A stretch of 64,000 nucleotides of DNA from Planctomycetota bacterium (GTDB lineage: Bacteria > Planctomycetota > UBA1135 > UBA2386), in the NCBI GenBank assembly GCA_965223545.1, contig OZ245006.1, forward strand, positions 4,096,001 through 4,160,000, given 5' to 3'. The first letter of the stretch is position 1. Each line of letters begins with the position of its first letter. Below the pieces are notes generated by a model. The model saw only the letters and a list, made by a program, of their open reading frames with translations. It had not been told where the DNA came from and ran no database searches. Both the position numbers and the translations under genes were made by a program. Below are positions 20,439-29,625 of the stretch, piece by piece.

Positions 20439-21091
20439 CCGGCCACCGACTCGCGCTGGTCGCCACCGCCGCCGGCTTCGGCTTGGTGCAGGCGCTTGCA
20501 GTACGCGTGCAGCTCGGGAACGCTGCGCGGCAAATCGGTGTAGCGCTGCAGCTGGGCCAGCAGCACGTCGATCGTGGCTTCGGCGTCGGCCTCGGCCGAG
20601 TGGGCGCCGACCAGCTCCCGGCCGCAGTAGTGGCGCACCGCGGCGGTCAAGTTGCGCGGTCCCATCAGGAAGCGGTCCCAGCCGGTCTCCTTGGCGTTGA
20701 ACAGGAGCTTGGCGTCGACCACGTGGCGGCCACCGGCATCGAAGGGAATGGAGTGGCGCTTGAACTCCTGCAGCAGCAACGGGAGGTCGAAGCCGACGCA
20801 GTTGAAGCCGCCGAGATCGGCGTCGCCGAGCAACAGCAACAGCCGGTCGACGACCTTCGGCAGCCGCGGTTTGCCGAACAGGCCGCGCACTTCGTCGTTG
20901 CGGATGCCGTGCACTCGCGTCGATGCCTCCGGGATGTCGACGCCGGGATCGACGCGTTCGACCAGCGACTCGCGCGAGCCGTCGACGTTGATGCGCACCA
21001 AGCCGATTTCGACGATGCGATCCGTCGCCACATCGAGGCCGGTGGTCTCGAGATCGAAGAACACGATGGGGCGCGCGAGCTCTAGGATCAT
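20432..21091 (-). CDS. DEDDh 3'-5' exonuclease (DnaQ-like)
   Basis: FFDLETTG, GFN...FDLPLL, HSAEAD. Confidence 0.9.
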   Translation of the reverse strand: MILELARPIVFFDLETTGLDVATDRIVEIGLVRINVDGSRESLVERVDPGVDIPEASTRVHGIRNDEVRGLFGKPRLPKVVDRLLLLLGDADLGGFNCVGFDLPLLLQEFKRHSIPFDAGGRHVVDAKLLFNAKETGWDRFLMGPRNLTAAVRHYCGRELVGAHSAEADAEATIDVLLAQLQRYTDLPRSVPELHAYCKRLHQAEAGGGGDQRESVAGY

Positions 21092-21103
21092 GCCCCGACG
21101 AGA

Positions 21104-21739
21104 CTACTTCGCGGGGCGGTCCGTTCCAGCGGTTTGCGGGCGTTGCGCAAACACCGAGAGTTGGTCTCCGCGCTGCGTCGTGCGCTCGATCGCAATGCCG
21201 CACGTCGCGATCAATGATTGCAAGTCGGCGGCGGCCTCACCCTCCGCGGCGAGGGTGAACCAAAGCCAGCCCGTGGGTTGCACGACGGCGGCGGCTTGCC
21301 GCAGCAAGTAGCGGCGCATCGCGAGGTCCGGCAGTTCCTCGATCACATCGATCAGCATCACCAGGTCGAACCGAACGCGGCGCACACAGCGCAGCGTGAG
21401 GCCGTCGCCAACGTGCCATCCGATGGCGCCGTCGTCACCGAGCTCGCGGCGCGCGGCCTCGATCATGCGCGGGCTGATGTCGACGCCGTGGAGGACCCGG
21501 CCATCGCCGCGCAGCGGCGCCAGCAGCCGCCCCGGGCCACAGCCGAGGTCGAGCACCGCGGGTTCCGCCCGGCCGTCGAGCAGCGGTTGGGCGACCTCGG
21601 CGGCCAGCGCGGCGCCGCTCTGCCAGAACGCGTCACGGTCGCCGGCGGTGGCCGGGTGCGCTGCCGCGAATACGTCCTCCTCGGCGCGCGCATCCCACCG
21701 TTGGCGCAATCGGACGAGCGGGGAGACGAACGAGGACAT
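21104..21739 (-). CDS. Class I SAM-dependent methyltransferase
   Basis: VLDLGCGPGR, GVDISPRMI, FDLV. Confidence 0.85.
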   Translation of the reverse strand: MSSFVSPLVRLRQRWDARAEEDVFAAAHPATAGDRDAFWQSGAALAAEVAQPLLDGRAEPAVLDLGCGPGRLLAPLRGDGRVLHGVDISPRMIEAARRELGDDGAIGWHVGDGLTLRCVRRVRFDLVMLIDVIEELPDLAMRRYLLRQAAAVVQPTGWLWFTLAAEGEAAADLQSLIATCGIAIERTTQRGDQLSVFAQRPQTAGTDRPAK

Positions 21740-21916
21740 TCTGGAGCCGGAAACCCGAGCCGCCCGGATCGCGGCCGACGAAACCGTATCGACGCGCCGC
21801 CTGGGGGGCCAACACAACCCGCCGTCCAGCGTTCCCGTTGCTGGACGCAAGTTGATGCTCTGCAAGGGGATCCATCACACGGGACGGCAGGGAGGCGAGA
21901 AAACCACCCGACGGCC

Positions 21917-21945
21917 TTGATGTTCGGGTGTTGTTAGGCTAACTT
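21917..21945 (+). promoter_or_regulatory. sigma70-type promoter of the lexA operon
   Basis: TTGATG-N17-TAACTT. Confidence 0.65.
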
Positions 21946-21971
21946 TCCACAACCCTAACAAGGGACGAACA
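21921..21971. promoter_or_regulatory. Two inverted candidate LexA operators
   Basis: TGTTCG-ggtg-TTGTTAGG (21921-21938) and its inverted copy CCTAACAA-ggga-CGAACA (21954-21971), flanking the -10. Confidence 0.6.
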
Positions 21972-22046
21972 TCCCGTCGAGGTGGCGCGCGGCCCCGGAA
22001 GGGGTCGCGGCCACTGCTTCTCGGCCGCAACACGAGGAGGCCCGAA

Positions 22047-22220
22047 ATGCCAGCCCGCGCACTCTTGCCAGCCCATCAACTCTCTCGCCGCGCCGCTCTC
22101 GCGCGGGTCCTCGCCAGCCGCGCGAGAGCGGCGCCGCCGCGGGCCGCGATCGCGGTCTTCGAGGTCGTCGGTGTCGTCGCCATGATCGGCGTGTTCATGG
22201 CGATCGCGATCCTCGCATGA
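22047..22220 (+). CDS. Small 57-aa membrane protein upstream of lexA (not in ORF track)
   Basis: RBS GAGGAGG 22034-22040; MPARALLPAHQLSRRAALARVLASRARAAPPRAAIAVFEVVGVVAMIGVFMAIAILA; C-terminal hydrophobic helix. Confidence 0.65.
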   Translation: MPARALLPAHQLSRRAALARVLASRARAAPPRAAIAVFEVVGVVAMIGVFMAIAILA

Positions 22221-22244
22221 CCGCATGACCGCATGGAGGTAGGG

Positions 22245-22883
22245 ATGGACTTCACGTTGACGCCCCGCCAGCTCGAAGTGCTGCGCTATTTCCGCGACTA
22301 CCGTCGCGAGTTCGGCATGTCGCCGACCCTGGAGGAAGCTGCCGAGCACCTGGGGGTGACCAAGATCACCGTCTACGAGCACCTCAACCAGCTGATCAAG
22401 AAGGGGGCGGTGCGGCGGGACAAGGCCAAGGCCCGGGCGGTGCAGGTCTTGTTCGATCCCGACGCCGAGCCCTCGGGGGGGGACCCGATGGCCGCGGCTG
22501 GCGGCTCGCCGAGCTTGCCGCTGCTCGGCACCATCGCCGCCGGCCGCGGGATCGAGGCCGTCGAGGTCCCGGAGCCCATGATGTTGACCGATCTGGTGCC
22601 CACCGAGGCCGACCACTATCTCCTCCGCGTGCGCGGCAAGTCGATGATCGAGGACCACATCGACGATGGCGACTTGGTGGTCGTCGAGCGGCGGGAGACC
22701 GCGCGCAACGGCGAGATCGTGGTCGCCATCCTCGAGGACGAAGAGGCGACGTTGAAGCGCTTCTACCGCGAGGCGGACGGACGCGTGCGGCTGCAGCCGG
22801 CGAACTCCGAGCTCGATCCGATCTACCCCGCGCAGGTCGAGATCCGCGGCATCGTCCGCGGCGTCATCCGCCGGTTCCGCTGA
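22245..22883 (+). CDS. lexA: SOS repressor LexA
   Basis: LTPRQ wHTH; Ala-Gly site IAAG; Ser GKSM; Lys TLKRF; RBS GGAGGT. Confidence 0.95.
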   Translation: MDFTLTPRQLEVLRYFRDYRREFGMSPTLEEAAEHLGVTKITVYEHLNQLIKKGAVRRDKAKARAVQVLFDPDAEPSGGDPMAAAGGSPSLPLLGTIAAGRGIEAVEVPEPMMLTDLVPTEADHYLLRVRGKSMIEDHIDDGDLVVVERRETARNGEIVVAILEDEEATLKRFYREADGRVRLQPANSELDPIYPAQVEIRGIVRGVIRRFR

Positions 22884-22892
22884 GAGACTGCG

Positions 22893-23213
22893 ATGGTCGG
22901 CTCCGCGGGCGAGGGATCAGCGTCGGGCAGCGGGGGCGGTCCGCGCCGCGCGGGCGCGGAGCACGAGCCGCCGGGCCAGCCGCAGCCGGCGCCGTTCGTC
23001 GTCCGCTGTGAGGCCGGCAAGTACGCGTACTGCCGCTGCCAGCGCAGCGCGCGCTTTCCCTATTGCGACGGGAGCCATCGACGGGATCCGGCGTCCGAGG
23101 GCCCACTCAAGGTCGTGCTCGACGAGGATCGCATCGTCGCGTGGTGCGCGTGCACCGGGTCGGGCAGCCTGCCGTTTTGCGACGGGAGCCACCGGCGCGC
23201 GGCCGGTCGGTGA
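22893..23213 (+). CDS. CDGSH iron-sulfur (NEET-like) protein with two CDGSH motifs
   Basis: CRC...PYCDGSH and CAC...PFCDGSH. Confidence 0.9.
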   Translation: MVGSAGEGSASGSGGGPRRAGAEHEPPGQPQPAPFVVRCEAGKYAYCRCQRSARFPYCDGSHRRDPASEGPLKVVLDEDRIVAWCACTGSGSLPFCDGSHRRAAGR

Positions 23214-23221
23214 GGCCGCTG

Positions 23222-23270
23222 CAGGTGGAGCCGATCCAGGTGCAGTCGATCCAGGTGCAGGCGATCCAGG
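23222..23270. repeat. 15-bp imperfect tandem repeat (about 3 copies) between convergent genes
   Basis: caggtggagccgatc caggtgcagtcgatc caggtgcaggcgatc cagg. Confidence 0.7.
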
Positions 23271-23280
23271 GCCGAGAGCG

Positions 23281-24990
23281 TCAGCGACCCAGCCAGTGCT
23301 GCCGAAGCTCCAACTGGCTTGGCGTGGCGTCGCGTGCGGGGACCACGCTGTAGCGGGTCGCCGTGTGCGGGTTCGGGGTCGCGCGGCGGCGGAGCACGCG
23401 CCCGCGGCGCGCGACCAAGAGCTCGATCTCGGAGCCCGCCTGAGATGCGCTGCGCAGCACGGCGCCCCAGGTCGACTGCTGTACCCGAAGGTCGTTGACC
23501 GCCAAGATCTCGTCACCCGGTGAGATGCCGGCGCGCGCGGCCGGAGCGTCGCGTCGCACCGAACCAATGGTCGTGCCGCGACCGCGGAAGGAAACGCCGA
23601 GCGTCGGCGCGTGATCCGCGCGGGAATCGAGCTGCAGGCCGGCGTGGCCGAGCGCGGCCGGTAGGTCGGGCTCGAACGGTCCCTCTGCTGCGGCACGCAG
23701 CCATGGTTCGAAGTCCTCGCCGGCGGCGGTGCTCAGGCTGCGGCAGATGTCGTCGAAGTCGTAGCCGCGGCCTTGCCCGAACGTGGACTCGAACAGGGTG
23801 CGCATGGCGACATCCAACGACGCGCTGCCCGAGGTGCGGGCGCGGAGCTCGAGATCGGCGGACAACCAGAGCAGTGCACCGTTGCCGTAGAAGTTCTGGG
23901 TCGCATTGTGGCGGTCTTCATCGGGGTGGTCGTGCTTGATCCACGCGTCGTGGCTGGCCTCCGAGAGTGACCGCACGCGCCGACCGGCGTTGGCGAACAT
24001 GTCGGTGATGCCCTGGGACAGGCGTTGCAAGTAGCGATCCGCGCCGAGCACGCCGGCGCGGTGGCACAACAGGTCGTCGTAGTAGGCGGTCGCGCCCTCG
24101 GCGAGCCACAGCAACGGGGTTGGGTTGGCGCGCTCGTAGTCGGGCTTCCACAGCTCGGCAGGCCGCATGCGGCAGCCGTTCCAGGCGTGGAAGTGCTCGT
24201 GCGCGACCAGCCCCATGAAGGCCTCGTACGATCCGGTCGAGTGCAGCACGGTGTGCGGCGCGGTCAGCGTGCACCCACCGGCGTGCTCCAGCCCCGCCAT
24301 TGGCGCATCCGCGAACGCGGCCAAGAAACGGTACTCGCGGTACGGCAGGGTGCCGCCGAACACAGCCGCGGCCTGCTCGACGATCGCGGCGGTGTCGGGC
24401 ACGAGCCGCTCGGGGGTCGGCAAGCCGCCGAGGCCCTCGAGCACCCACTCGTGCGCCACGCCGAGCACCTCGAAGGGCCGGGGATCGAGCACGCCGCAGA
24501 GCCACGGGGATCGCACCAGCGCATCGACGTCCGGCAGGACGAACCCGGCTTCGCCGGCGCTCGCCGCGGTCCGCACGGTCCACCCGTCCGGGCACACGAT
24601 GCGCACGGTGGCGGCGAGGTCGCGTCGGTCGGCGGGCCAGAGGAAGACCGCCGCCCCTTGCAGCAGGGCGTGCGCGTCGGTGAGGTCCGCGGCGCGCACC
24701 GAGGGCGCGTGGGCGTAGACCCGATACCGAATCTCGATTCCACCGCTCGCGGCCGCCAGCCGCCACCGTTGGGTTCCGGTCTTCCGCGGCGCGAGGTCGC
24801 GCCCGTCGGCGGAACGCGCCTGAAGAGCTTCGACGTGGCGCGCGTGCTCGTACAGCACATGGCTGCCCGGGGTCCAGCGTGCCATCGCCAGCTCGAGCGG
24901 CGTTCCGTCCATGCCATCGATGCGCAGGCGCACGTCGATGCGATGCGCCGCAGCGTTGCGCAGATCGAGCGTGAACGCGAGGTCGGCCAC
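23281..24990 (-). CDS. M61 family (glycyl) aminopeptidase with PDZ domain
   Basis: WTPGS, GLEH, AHEHFHAWN, LWLAEG.T.YY; C-terminal PDZ GDEILAVN. Confidence 0.9.
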   Translation of the reverse strand: MADLAFTLDLRNAAAHRIDVRLRIDGMDGTPLELAMARWTPGSHVLYEHARHVEALQARSADGRDLAPRKTGTQRWRLAAASGGIEIRYRVYAHAPSVRAADLTDAHALLQGAAVFLWPADRRDLAATVRIVCPDGWTVRTAASAGEAGFVLPDVDALVRSPWLCGVLDPRPFEVLGVAHEWVLEGLGGLPTPERLVPDTAAIVEQAAAVFGGTLPYREYRFLAAFADAPMAGLEHAGGCTLTAPHTVLHSTGSYEAFMGLVAHEHFHAWNGCRMRPAELWKPDYERANPTPLLWLAEGATAYYDDLLCHRAGVLGADRYLQRLSQGITDMFANAGRRVRSLSEASHDAWIKHDHPDEDRHNATQNFYGNGALLWLSADLELRARTSGSASLDVAMRTLFESTFGQGRGYDFDDICRSLSTAAGEDFEPWLRAAAEGPFEPDLPAALGHAGLQLDSRADHAPTLGVSFRGRGTTIGSVRRDAPAARAGISPGDEILAVNDLRVQQSTWGAVLRSASQAGSEIELLVARRGRVLRRRATPNPHTATRYSVVPARDATPSQLELRQHWLGR

Positions 24991-25001
24991 GGCAGCAGGG
25001 G

Positions 25002-25078
<77 letters not shown>

Positions 25079-25090
25079 GCGCGGCGGCGA

Positions 25091-25118
25091 ATGCTACGGC
25101 CCCTCGGAGTGGAATCAA
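25091..25118 (-). promoter_or_regulatory. sigma70 promoter of tRNA-Arg
   Basis: TTGATT-N16-TAGCAT with GC-rich discriminator. Confidence 0.55.
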
Positions 25119-25312
25119 TCGGCCGGCGGCACCGCATGCAGGATTGCATGCAGCACTCAGCGGCGATCGCGGCTCGACAACGTTTCCCACAGACGAGCGG
25201 GTTTGCAGTATCGTGCGGGCCGGGGGTTCCCCCTTCCGGTGGCCTGGAGGTCCCGAAACCGCGGCGCCTCCCGCGGCTAGGAAGAACGCGCCACTCCTCC
25301 GTTGCCTTGCAA

Positions 25313-26254
25313 ATGAAACTCACACACCGCACGAGCCTTCGTGCACTGACCGCCACCGCGTGCGCCGTCGGTGCGTTTGTCGCGCTGCAGCCCGGGTCCG
25401 AGTTGGCGCACGCTTCGACCAACGCCTACGTCCAGGACAGCGATGGGGACCTGCTTCCCGACGCCTTGGAGTGGGCGTTGCTGACCGACGCGAGGCAGCG
25501 GGACTCCGACGCCGATGGGGCCGAGGATGTCATCGAAGCACTGCTGCACGAGCACATGCGGACCGCGCCGGTGCTGCCGCGGCCGATGGATCACGAGCTG
25601 CGAGCGGCGGTCGCGGTGCACAGGGACGCCACTGGGCAGGCCCACGTGCTGCTGCACGTCGTCGCGCGGATCGCGCTCAGCACCTCGGGGCTGGCCAGCA
25701 TCAAGGGTTTGGCGCCCTTCGTCGACTATCGCGGCACGCGGCTGCCGATCGACCGGTTGGTCGCCGGCGGCATCATCAACATCACGCGGCGCTTCGACCC
25801 GGTCGAGGGCTTGTTCGTCGTGATCTCGTCGCGCATCGCGTCCGTCGAGAACCTCAAGTTGCTCACCCCCTGCACCGTCGGCGTCACCGCGTCGATCGGA
25901 CAAAAGGCGTTCGAGAGCGGCATGCTGGTCGACGAGGTCGACGACGAGCTCGTCGTCATCGCGCCGATCGACGACAACCGCTACGTCATCCACCCCCTCG
26001 ATCCGCAGTTTCCGCAGATCGTCGGCCCGGGGGCCGGCAGTGGCTCTTCGTCGGGCCAGAAGTTCTGGTCTCAGGCCAAGGTGTGCGAGCTGGATTTGTC
26101 GCCGGTCGGCTCCGGCGGTGGCATTACGGTCGTTCAGGTCAACGACGCGAACTGCGTGTCGGTGTCGACGCTGTTTTGCGCGTCCTCCTGCCTCTCACAG
26201 AACGGCCGCCTGTACGTCTTGCCGTACGGCCCCGGCTTGCTGAACGGCCGCTGA
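25313..26254 (+). CDS. Exported hypothetical protein with DxDxD Ca-binding-like repeats and Cys-rich C-terminus
   Basis: Signal peptide (AHA); DSDGDLLPD and DSDADGAED. Confidence 0.65.
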   Translation: MKLTHRTSLRALTATACAVGAFVALQPGSELAHASTNAYVQDSDGDLLPDALEWALLTDARQRDSDADGAEDVIEALLHEHMRTAPVLPRPMDHELRAAVAVHRDATGQAHVLLHVVARIALSTSGLASIKGLAPFVDYRGTRLPIDRLVAGGIINITRRFDPVEGLFVVISSRIASVENLKLLTPCTVGVTASIGQKAFESGMLVDEVDDELVVIAPIDDNRYVIHPLDPQFPQIVGPGAGSGSSSGQKFWSQAKVCELDLSPVGSGGGITVVQVNDANCVSVSTLFCASSCLSQNGRLYVLPYGPGLLNGR

Positions 26255-26363
26255 TCCCCCGGCTCCGCGGCAGCAAACCCCGAACCCGGTTGCGTTCGCG
26301 ATCGGCGGCGAAACGGCATGTTGGCGCGGAACACGCCGTCTCCGCGCGGACGTCCATGTCTCG

Positions 26364-26978
26364 GTGCACCACGATTCGGTAGATGAGCTCGCGCTGGTCC
26401 GCGCCTGCAGCGAGCCGGACTCCGATGCGTTCGAAGCGGCGTTCGAGGCGCTGTACGGACGCTACAAGGATCGGGTGTACTCGATCGCGTATCGCATCAC
26501 GGGCGGATCCGCCGATGCGATGGACGTCATGCAGGAGGCGTTCTGCGTCTTGTTTCGCAAGATCGGCGCCTTTCGCTTCGACGCGCGCTTCTCGACCTGG
26601 CTGTTCCGCATCGTCGTCAACTGCTCGATCAATCACGTGCGGCGCGAGCAAGGTCGCCGCAGCGCCGAGAGCCTTCCCGACGAGTATGCCGCCGAGGTTG
26701 GCGACGAAGCGCCGCCGGCGGTCGCCGAGACCCGTGAGCTCGGCGAGCACATCCACTCCAGTATCCAGAGGCTGAGCCCCAAGCTGCGCGCGGTGCTGGT
26801 GCTGCGCTACCAGGAGGGACTGTCCTACGAGGAGCTGTCGGAGACCTTGCAGGTGTCGATGGGCACGGTGAAGTCGCGGCTGGCGCGGGCGCACCTGGCC
26901 CTGGAGCGCGTGCTGCGCGGCACGCTGGCGCCTTTTGGGGTCTCCGAGACCGACACGAACAAAGGAGGCGTGGCATGA
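26364..26978 (+). CDS. ECF RNA polymerase sigma factor (RpoE-like)
   Basis: DAMDVMQEAF, FSTWLFRIVVN, GLSYEE...GTVKSRLARA. Confidence 0.92.
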   Translation: MHHDSVDELALVRACSEPDSDAFEAAFEALYGRYKDRVYSIAYRITGGSADAMDVMQEAFCVLFRKIGAFRFDARFSTWLFRIVVNCSINHVRREQGRRSAESLPDEYAAEVGDEAPPAVAETRELGEHIHSSIQRLSPKLRAVLVLRYQEGLSYEELSETLQVSMGTVKSRLARAHLALERVLRGTLAPFGVSETDTNKGGVA

Positions 26979-27601
26979 CCACGGGATCCAGATCGCGCGT
27001 CCCGACGCGATTCCCGACCGGGTGTCGGGAGTTTCTCCTCGATTTGGCGGCCCACGCGGAGCGGACTGCGGCTCCTTCCCACGCACGGGAGTGTCGGTCC
27101 TGCGCAGCGCGATGGCGCGCTGCGCGGCGCCAGGCCGGCCTGCTGGCAGGCCTCGCGCGTTCGAGCCCGCCCGCTGACGATGCCGACGTGATCGCTGGGA
27201 TCTTCGCCCGCGTGCACGCGAGCAGTCCGCTCGCCGGACCCCTGGCGAAGGCCCTCGAGGTCGAACCCGCCCCGCGGGACGTGGCCTGGTGGGAGATCGA
27301 GCCGCGTGCCGAGACCGCGGCGGCCATGCGCGGCCTGCGCCGGTTGCGCGCGCCCGCGTGGATGCGGCACCGCGTCCGGGCGGCGGTCCGACCCGCAGCC
27401 CGCGCCGAGGGCGCCCCGACGCCTTGGGCGTGGCGGCGGGCCGGCGTCGCCGCGGCCGCCCTGGTGGCGGTCTGGCTGGTTGTGGAATTCGCCGGGACAA
27501 ACGGAGGAACATCCGCCCCAACAGAAATCGTCTGGAACGTAAGGCCTGTCCCTGCAGACAGTTCGTTCTCTCTCCATGGATTGATGGAGCTGAGCCGATA
27601 G
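26975..27601 (+). CDS. Membrane anti-sigma factor with ZAS motif
   Basis: ATGA overlap with sigma gene; HxxxCxxC (HARECRSC); one TM. Confidence 0.7.
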   Translation: MTTGSRSRVPTRFPTGCREFLLDLAAHAERTAAPSHARECRSCAARWRAARRQAGLLAGLARSSPPADDADVIAGIFARVHASSPLAGPLAKALEVEPAPRDVAWWEIEPRAETAAAMRGLRRLRAPAWMRHRVRAAVRPAARAEGAPTPWAWRRAGVAAAALVAVWLVVEFAGTNGGTSAPTEIVWNVRPVPADSSFSLHGLMELSR

Positions 27602-27656
27602 GCTCGGTACCACCGGCCGCTTGGCGGCCCCGCCCGTCTCACTCGTCGTTTTCGCC

Positions 27657-28814
27657 ATGCACTCCCGATCCCCGACCCGACCTGGTCCAGCGCCCCGCCG
27701 CGGGCGCGGGATCCGGTGTGGCTTGGGCTTGGTGGTGGCCGGGGTCGTCGCCGGGGTCGGCCCGCACGCGGCGCAACGGCCCCTGGCCGGTGCCGATCGC
27801 GTGGGGGCGAGCGCCTCCGCCCAGGCGGATGGCCTTCGCGAGGCGCCGTTCGCGTGGCCGTGGGAGATTTCGTTCCAGCACATCCACGACGCCATGGAGC
27901 TGCGCCCGTACCGCGTCGAGCAGGTGCGGCGGATTCGCGATCGCAGCGATGGCAAGCCGTCCGAGCGCTGGCTCGAGGTGGTCGAGCGGCTGGAGCACGG
28001 CGTGCCGGCCGAACCCGGCGCGGACGCCCCGTACTCGCTGGCGTTCGTCGACCTCCTCGGTGATGGCTATGCGGCCGGTGAGCGCGCCCTGGCGGCGCGC
28101 GAGCACGGCAAGCAGGAGAGCCTGCTGTACAACTTCCAGAGCTTCCGCGTGTTCGACGCGGCCGCGGCCGCCGCCAACTACTCGATCGAGTTCGCCGGTC
28201 TTTCGGTGCGCATCGAGCGACCGGTGTATCGCGTGGTGGTCTCGCCGACGGACCGGCTGCGGCACCGCTGGCTGCTCGAGCTCGACGTCGCCACCGGCTA
28301 CCCGCTGTACCGCGGTGAGTACGATGCCGATGACGTGCTGGTCGCCGAGGTCACTGCGCGAGAGTTCGCGCCCGGTGCCGACGACAACGCACCGCTGGCG
28401 GCGCGGCCGAGTCTGTGGCAGCGCCAGGCCGACGGCGCCAGCGCGCTGCAGGCCATCGGCGCCGACGCATCGAGCGCGCTTTCGCCGAGTGAGCTGCCGA
28501 CCGGCTACGCGGAGGAATCGGGTTGGTTGGTGATCGACCCGCTGAGCGGCGCGCGGCGCGCGATGATCCTCTACACCGACGGCATCGATCTGCTGTTCCT
28601 CTCGGTGGCGCCCGGCGAGCGGCCGTGGGGCGATCTCGAGGGGCACGTCGTGGGCTTGCACTACGACGCGGCGGGCATCCTGCAGGCGACGATGCACGAT
28701 GCGGGTTTCGGCTACCTGGTGATGCAGCGCGGCTCGGAAGCGATCCTGCGAGGCGTGATGAACGCGTTCTACGCGCGCATCGTCAGCGAGCGTCGTCGCC
28801 GCGACGGGCGATGA
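27657..28814 (+). CDS. RseB/MucB-like periplasmic sigma-E regulatory protein
   Basis: Position after anti-sigma; YRVVVSPTDRLRHRWLLELDVATGYPL and LPTGY...LYTDGIDLL resemble MucB/RseB; start uncertain. Confidence 0.6.
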   Translation: MHSRSPTRPGPAPRRGRGIRCGLGLVVAGVVAGVGPHAAQRPLAGADRVGASASAQADGLREAPFAWPWEISFQHIHDAMELRPYRVEQVRRIRDRSDGKPSERWLEVVERLEHGVPAEPGADAPYSLAFVDLLGDGYAAGERALAAREHGKQESLLYNFQSFRVFDAAAAAANYSIEFAGLSVRIERPVYRVVVSPTDRLRHRWLLELDVATGYPLYRGEYDADDVLVAEVTAREFAPGADDNAPLAARPSLWQRQADGASALQAIGADASSALSPSELPTGYAEESGWLVIDPLSGARRAMILYTDGIDLLFLSVAPGERPWGDLEGHVVGLHYDAAGILQATMHDAGFGYLVMQRGSEAILRGVMNAFYARIVSERRRRDGR

Positions 28815-29625
28815 ACATCGCCCAGTCGGCGCCGCAAACGTCGTCGGCAACGAGCTGTCGGTCGGCGCGGAACAGCGCGCCGAGCACGCGGTTGTGCTGC
28901 CAGTTCGCCGGCAGGTAGGCGTGCTCCTGCCCGGCGAGGACCGGCGTCAGCAGGGGGCCGCCCGCCTCGGCGTAGGTCAGCAGCTCGAAGCCGGCCTCCG
29001 AACAGCGCGCCAGCAGTTGGTCTGATTGCGGGGCGGGCGTCGCGCGGCGCAGCTCTGCGTCGACGTCTTCGAGGGTGGCGTGGTGCGGCTTGAGCGAAGT
29101 TGGGACGAACGCGGCCAAGAACCTCTGCGCGGCGTCGCGCTGTCTGCGCGGCCACTCGAAGCCCGCCGGGCCGACGTATTCCTGCGCGAGCACGACCGCG
29201 CCGGCCGCCAACCGGGCGCGCAGCCGTGACCACAACCGGGCCAGGTCGCCGCTGCGGTGCACCGAGTGCATGGTCACCGCGGCCGCGAAGGCCGGCCCAT
29301 CGGTCGGCGGCTCCTCGAGCTGCCCGTCCCGCACGTCGACGTGACTCAGCCCGTGCTCGGCGGCGAGCGCCCTGGTCTGGGCGGCCAGGCCGGCCTCGGG
29401 TTCGACGACCACGAAGTGATGCTCGGGGCGCCGCCGGGCGAGGGCAATGAGCCGGTGGGGATGGGTCGCGCCGAGACACAGCACGCGCGCGCCCGCCGGG
29501 GTCCGGCCCTGCAGCTCGGATGCCGCCGCCTCGCCGTGATCGGCGGGTTGGCCGAACGCGCACATCGACGCGTACCAGTGCAGCACGGGGTGGTCGAACA
29601 GTCTCGAGTGCGCTTGGGACAACAT
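28783..29625 (-). CDS. Class I SAM-dependent methyltransferase-like protein
   Basis: Degenerate motif I RVLCLGA; SVH...LAAG...EYVGP. Confidence 0.6.
   Translation of the reverse strand: MLSQAHSRLFDHPVLHWYASMCAFGQPADHGEAAASELQGRTPAGARVLCLGATHPHRLIALARRRPEHHFVVVEPEAGLAAQTRALAAEHGLSHVDVRDGQLEEPPTDGPAFAAAVTMHSVHRSGDLARLWSRLRARLAAGAVVLAQEYVGPAGFEWPRRQRDAAQRFLAAFVPTSLKPHHATLEDVDAELRRATPAPQSDQLLARCSEAGFELLTYAEAGGPLLTPVLAGQEHAYLPANWQHNRVLGALFRADRQLVADDVCGADWAMFIARRGDDAR

Noticed and set aside
21904..22030. 6S RNA, SRP RNA or retron msr-msd
   Set aside because: No SRP helix-8 motif and no reverse transcriptase nearby; the inverted repeat straddles a promoter and is better explained as operators
22214..22235. 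CGCATGAC tandem repeat before lexA as a phase-variation tract
   Set aside because: Under three copies and intergenic, so no reading frame would be affected
23222..23270. CRISPR array
   Set aside because: Contiguous 15-bp units with no spacers, and no cas genes in the window
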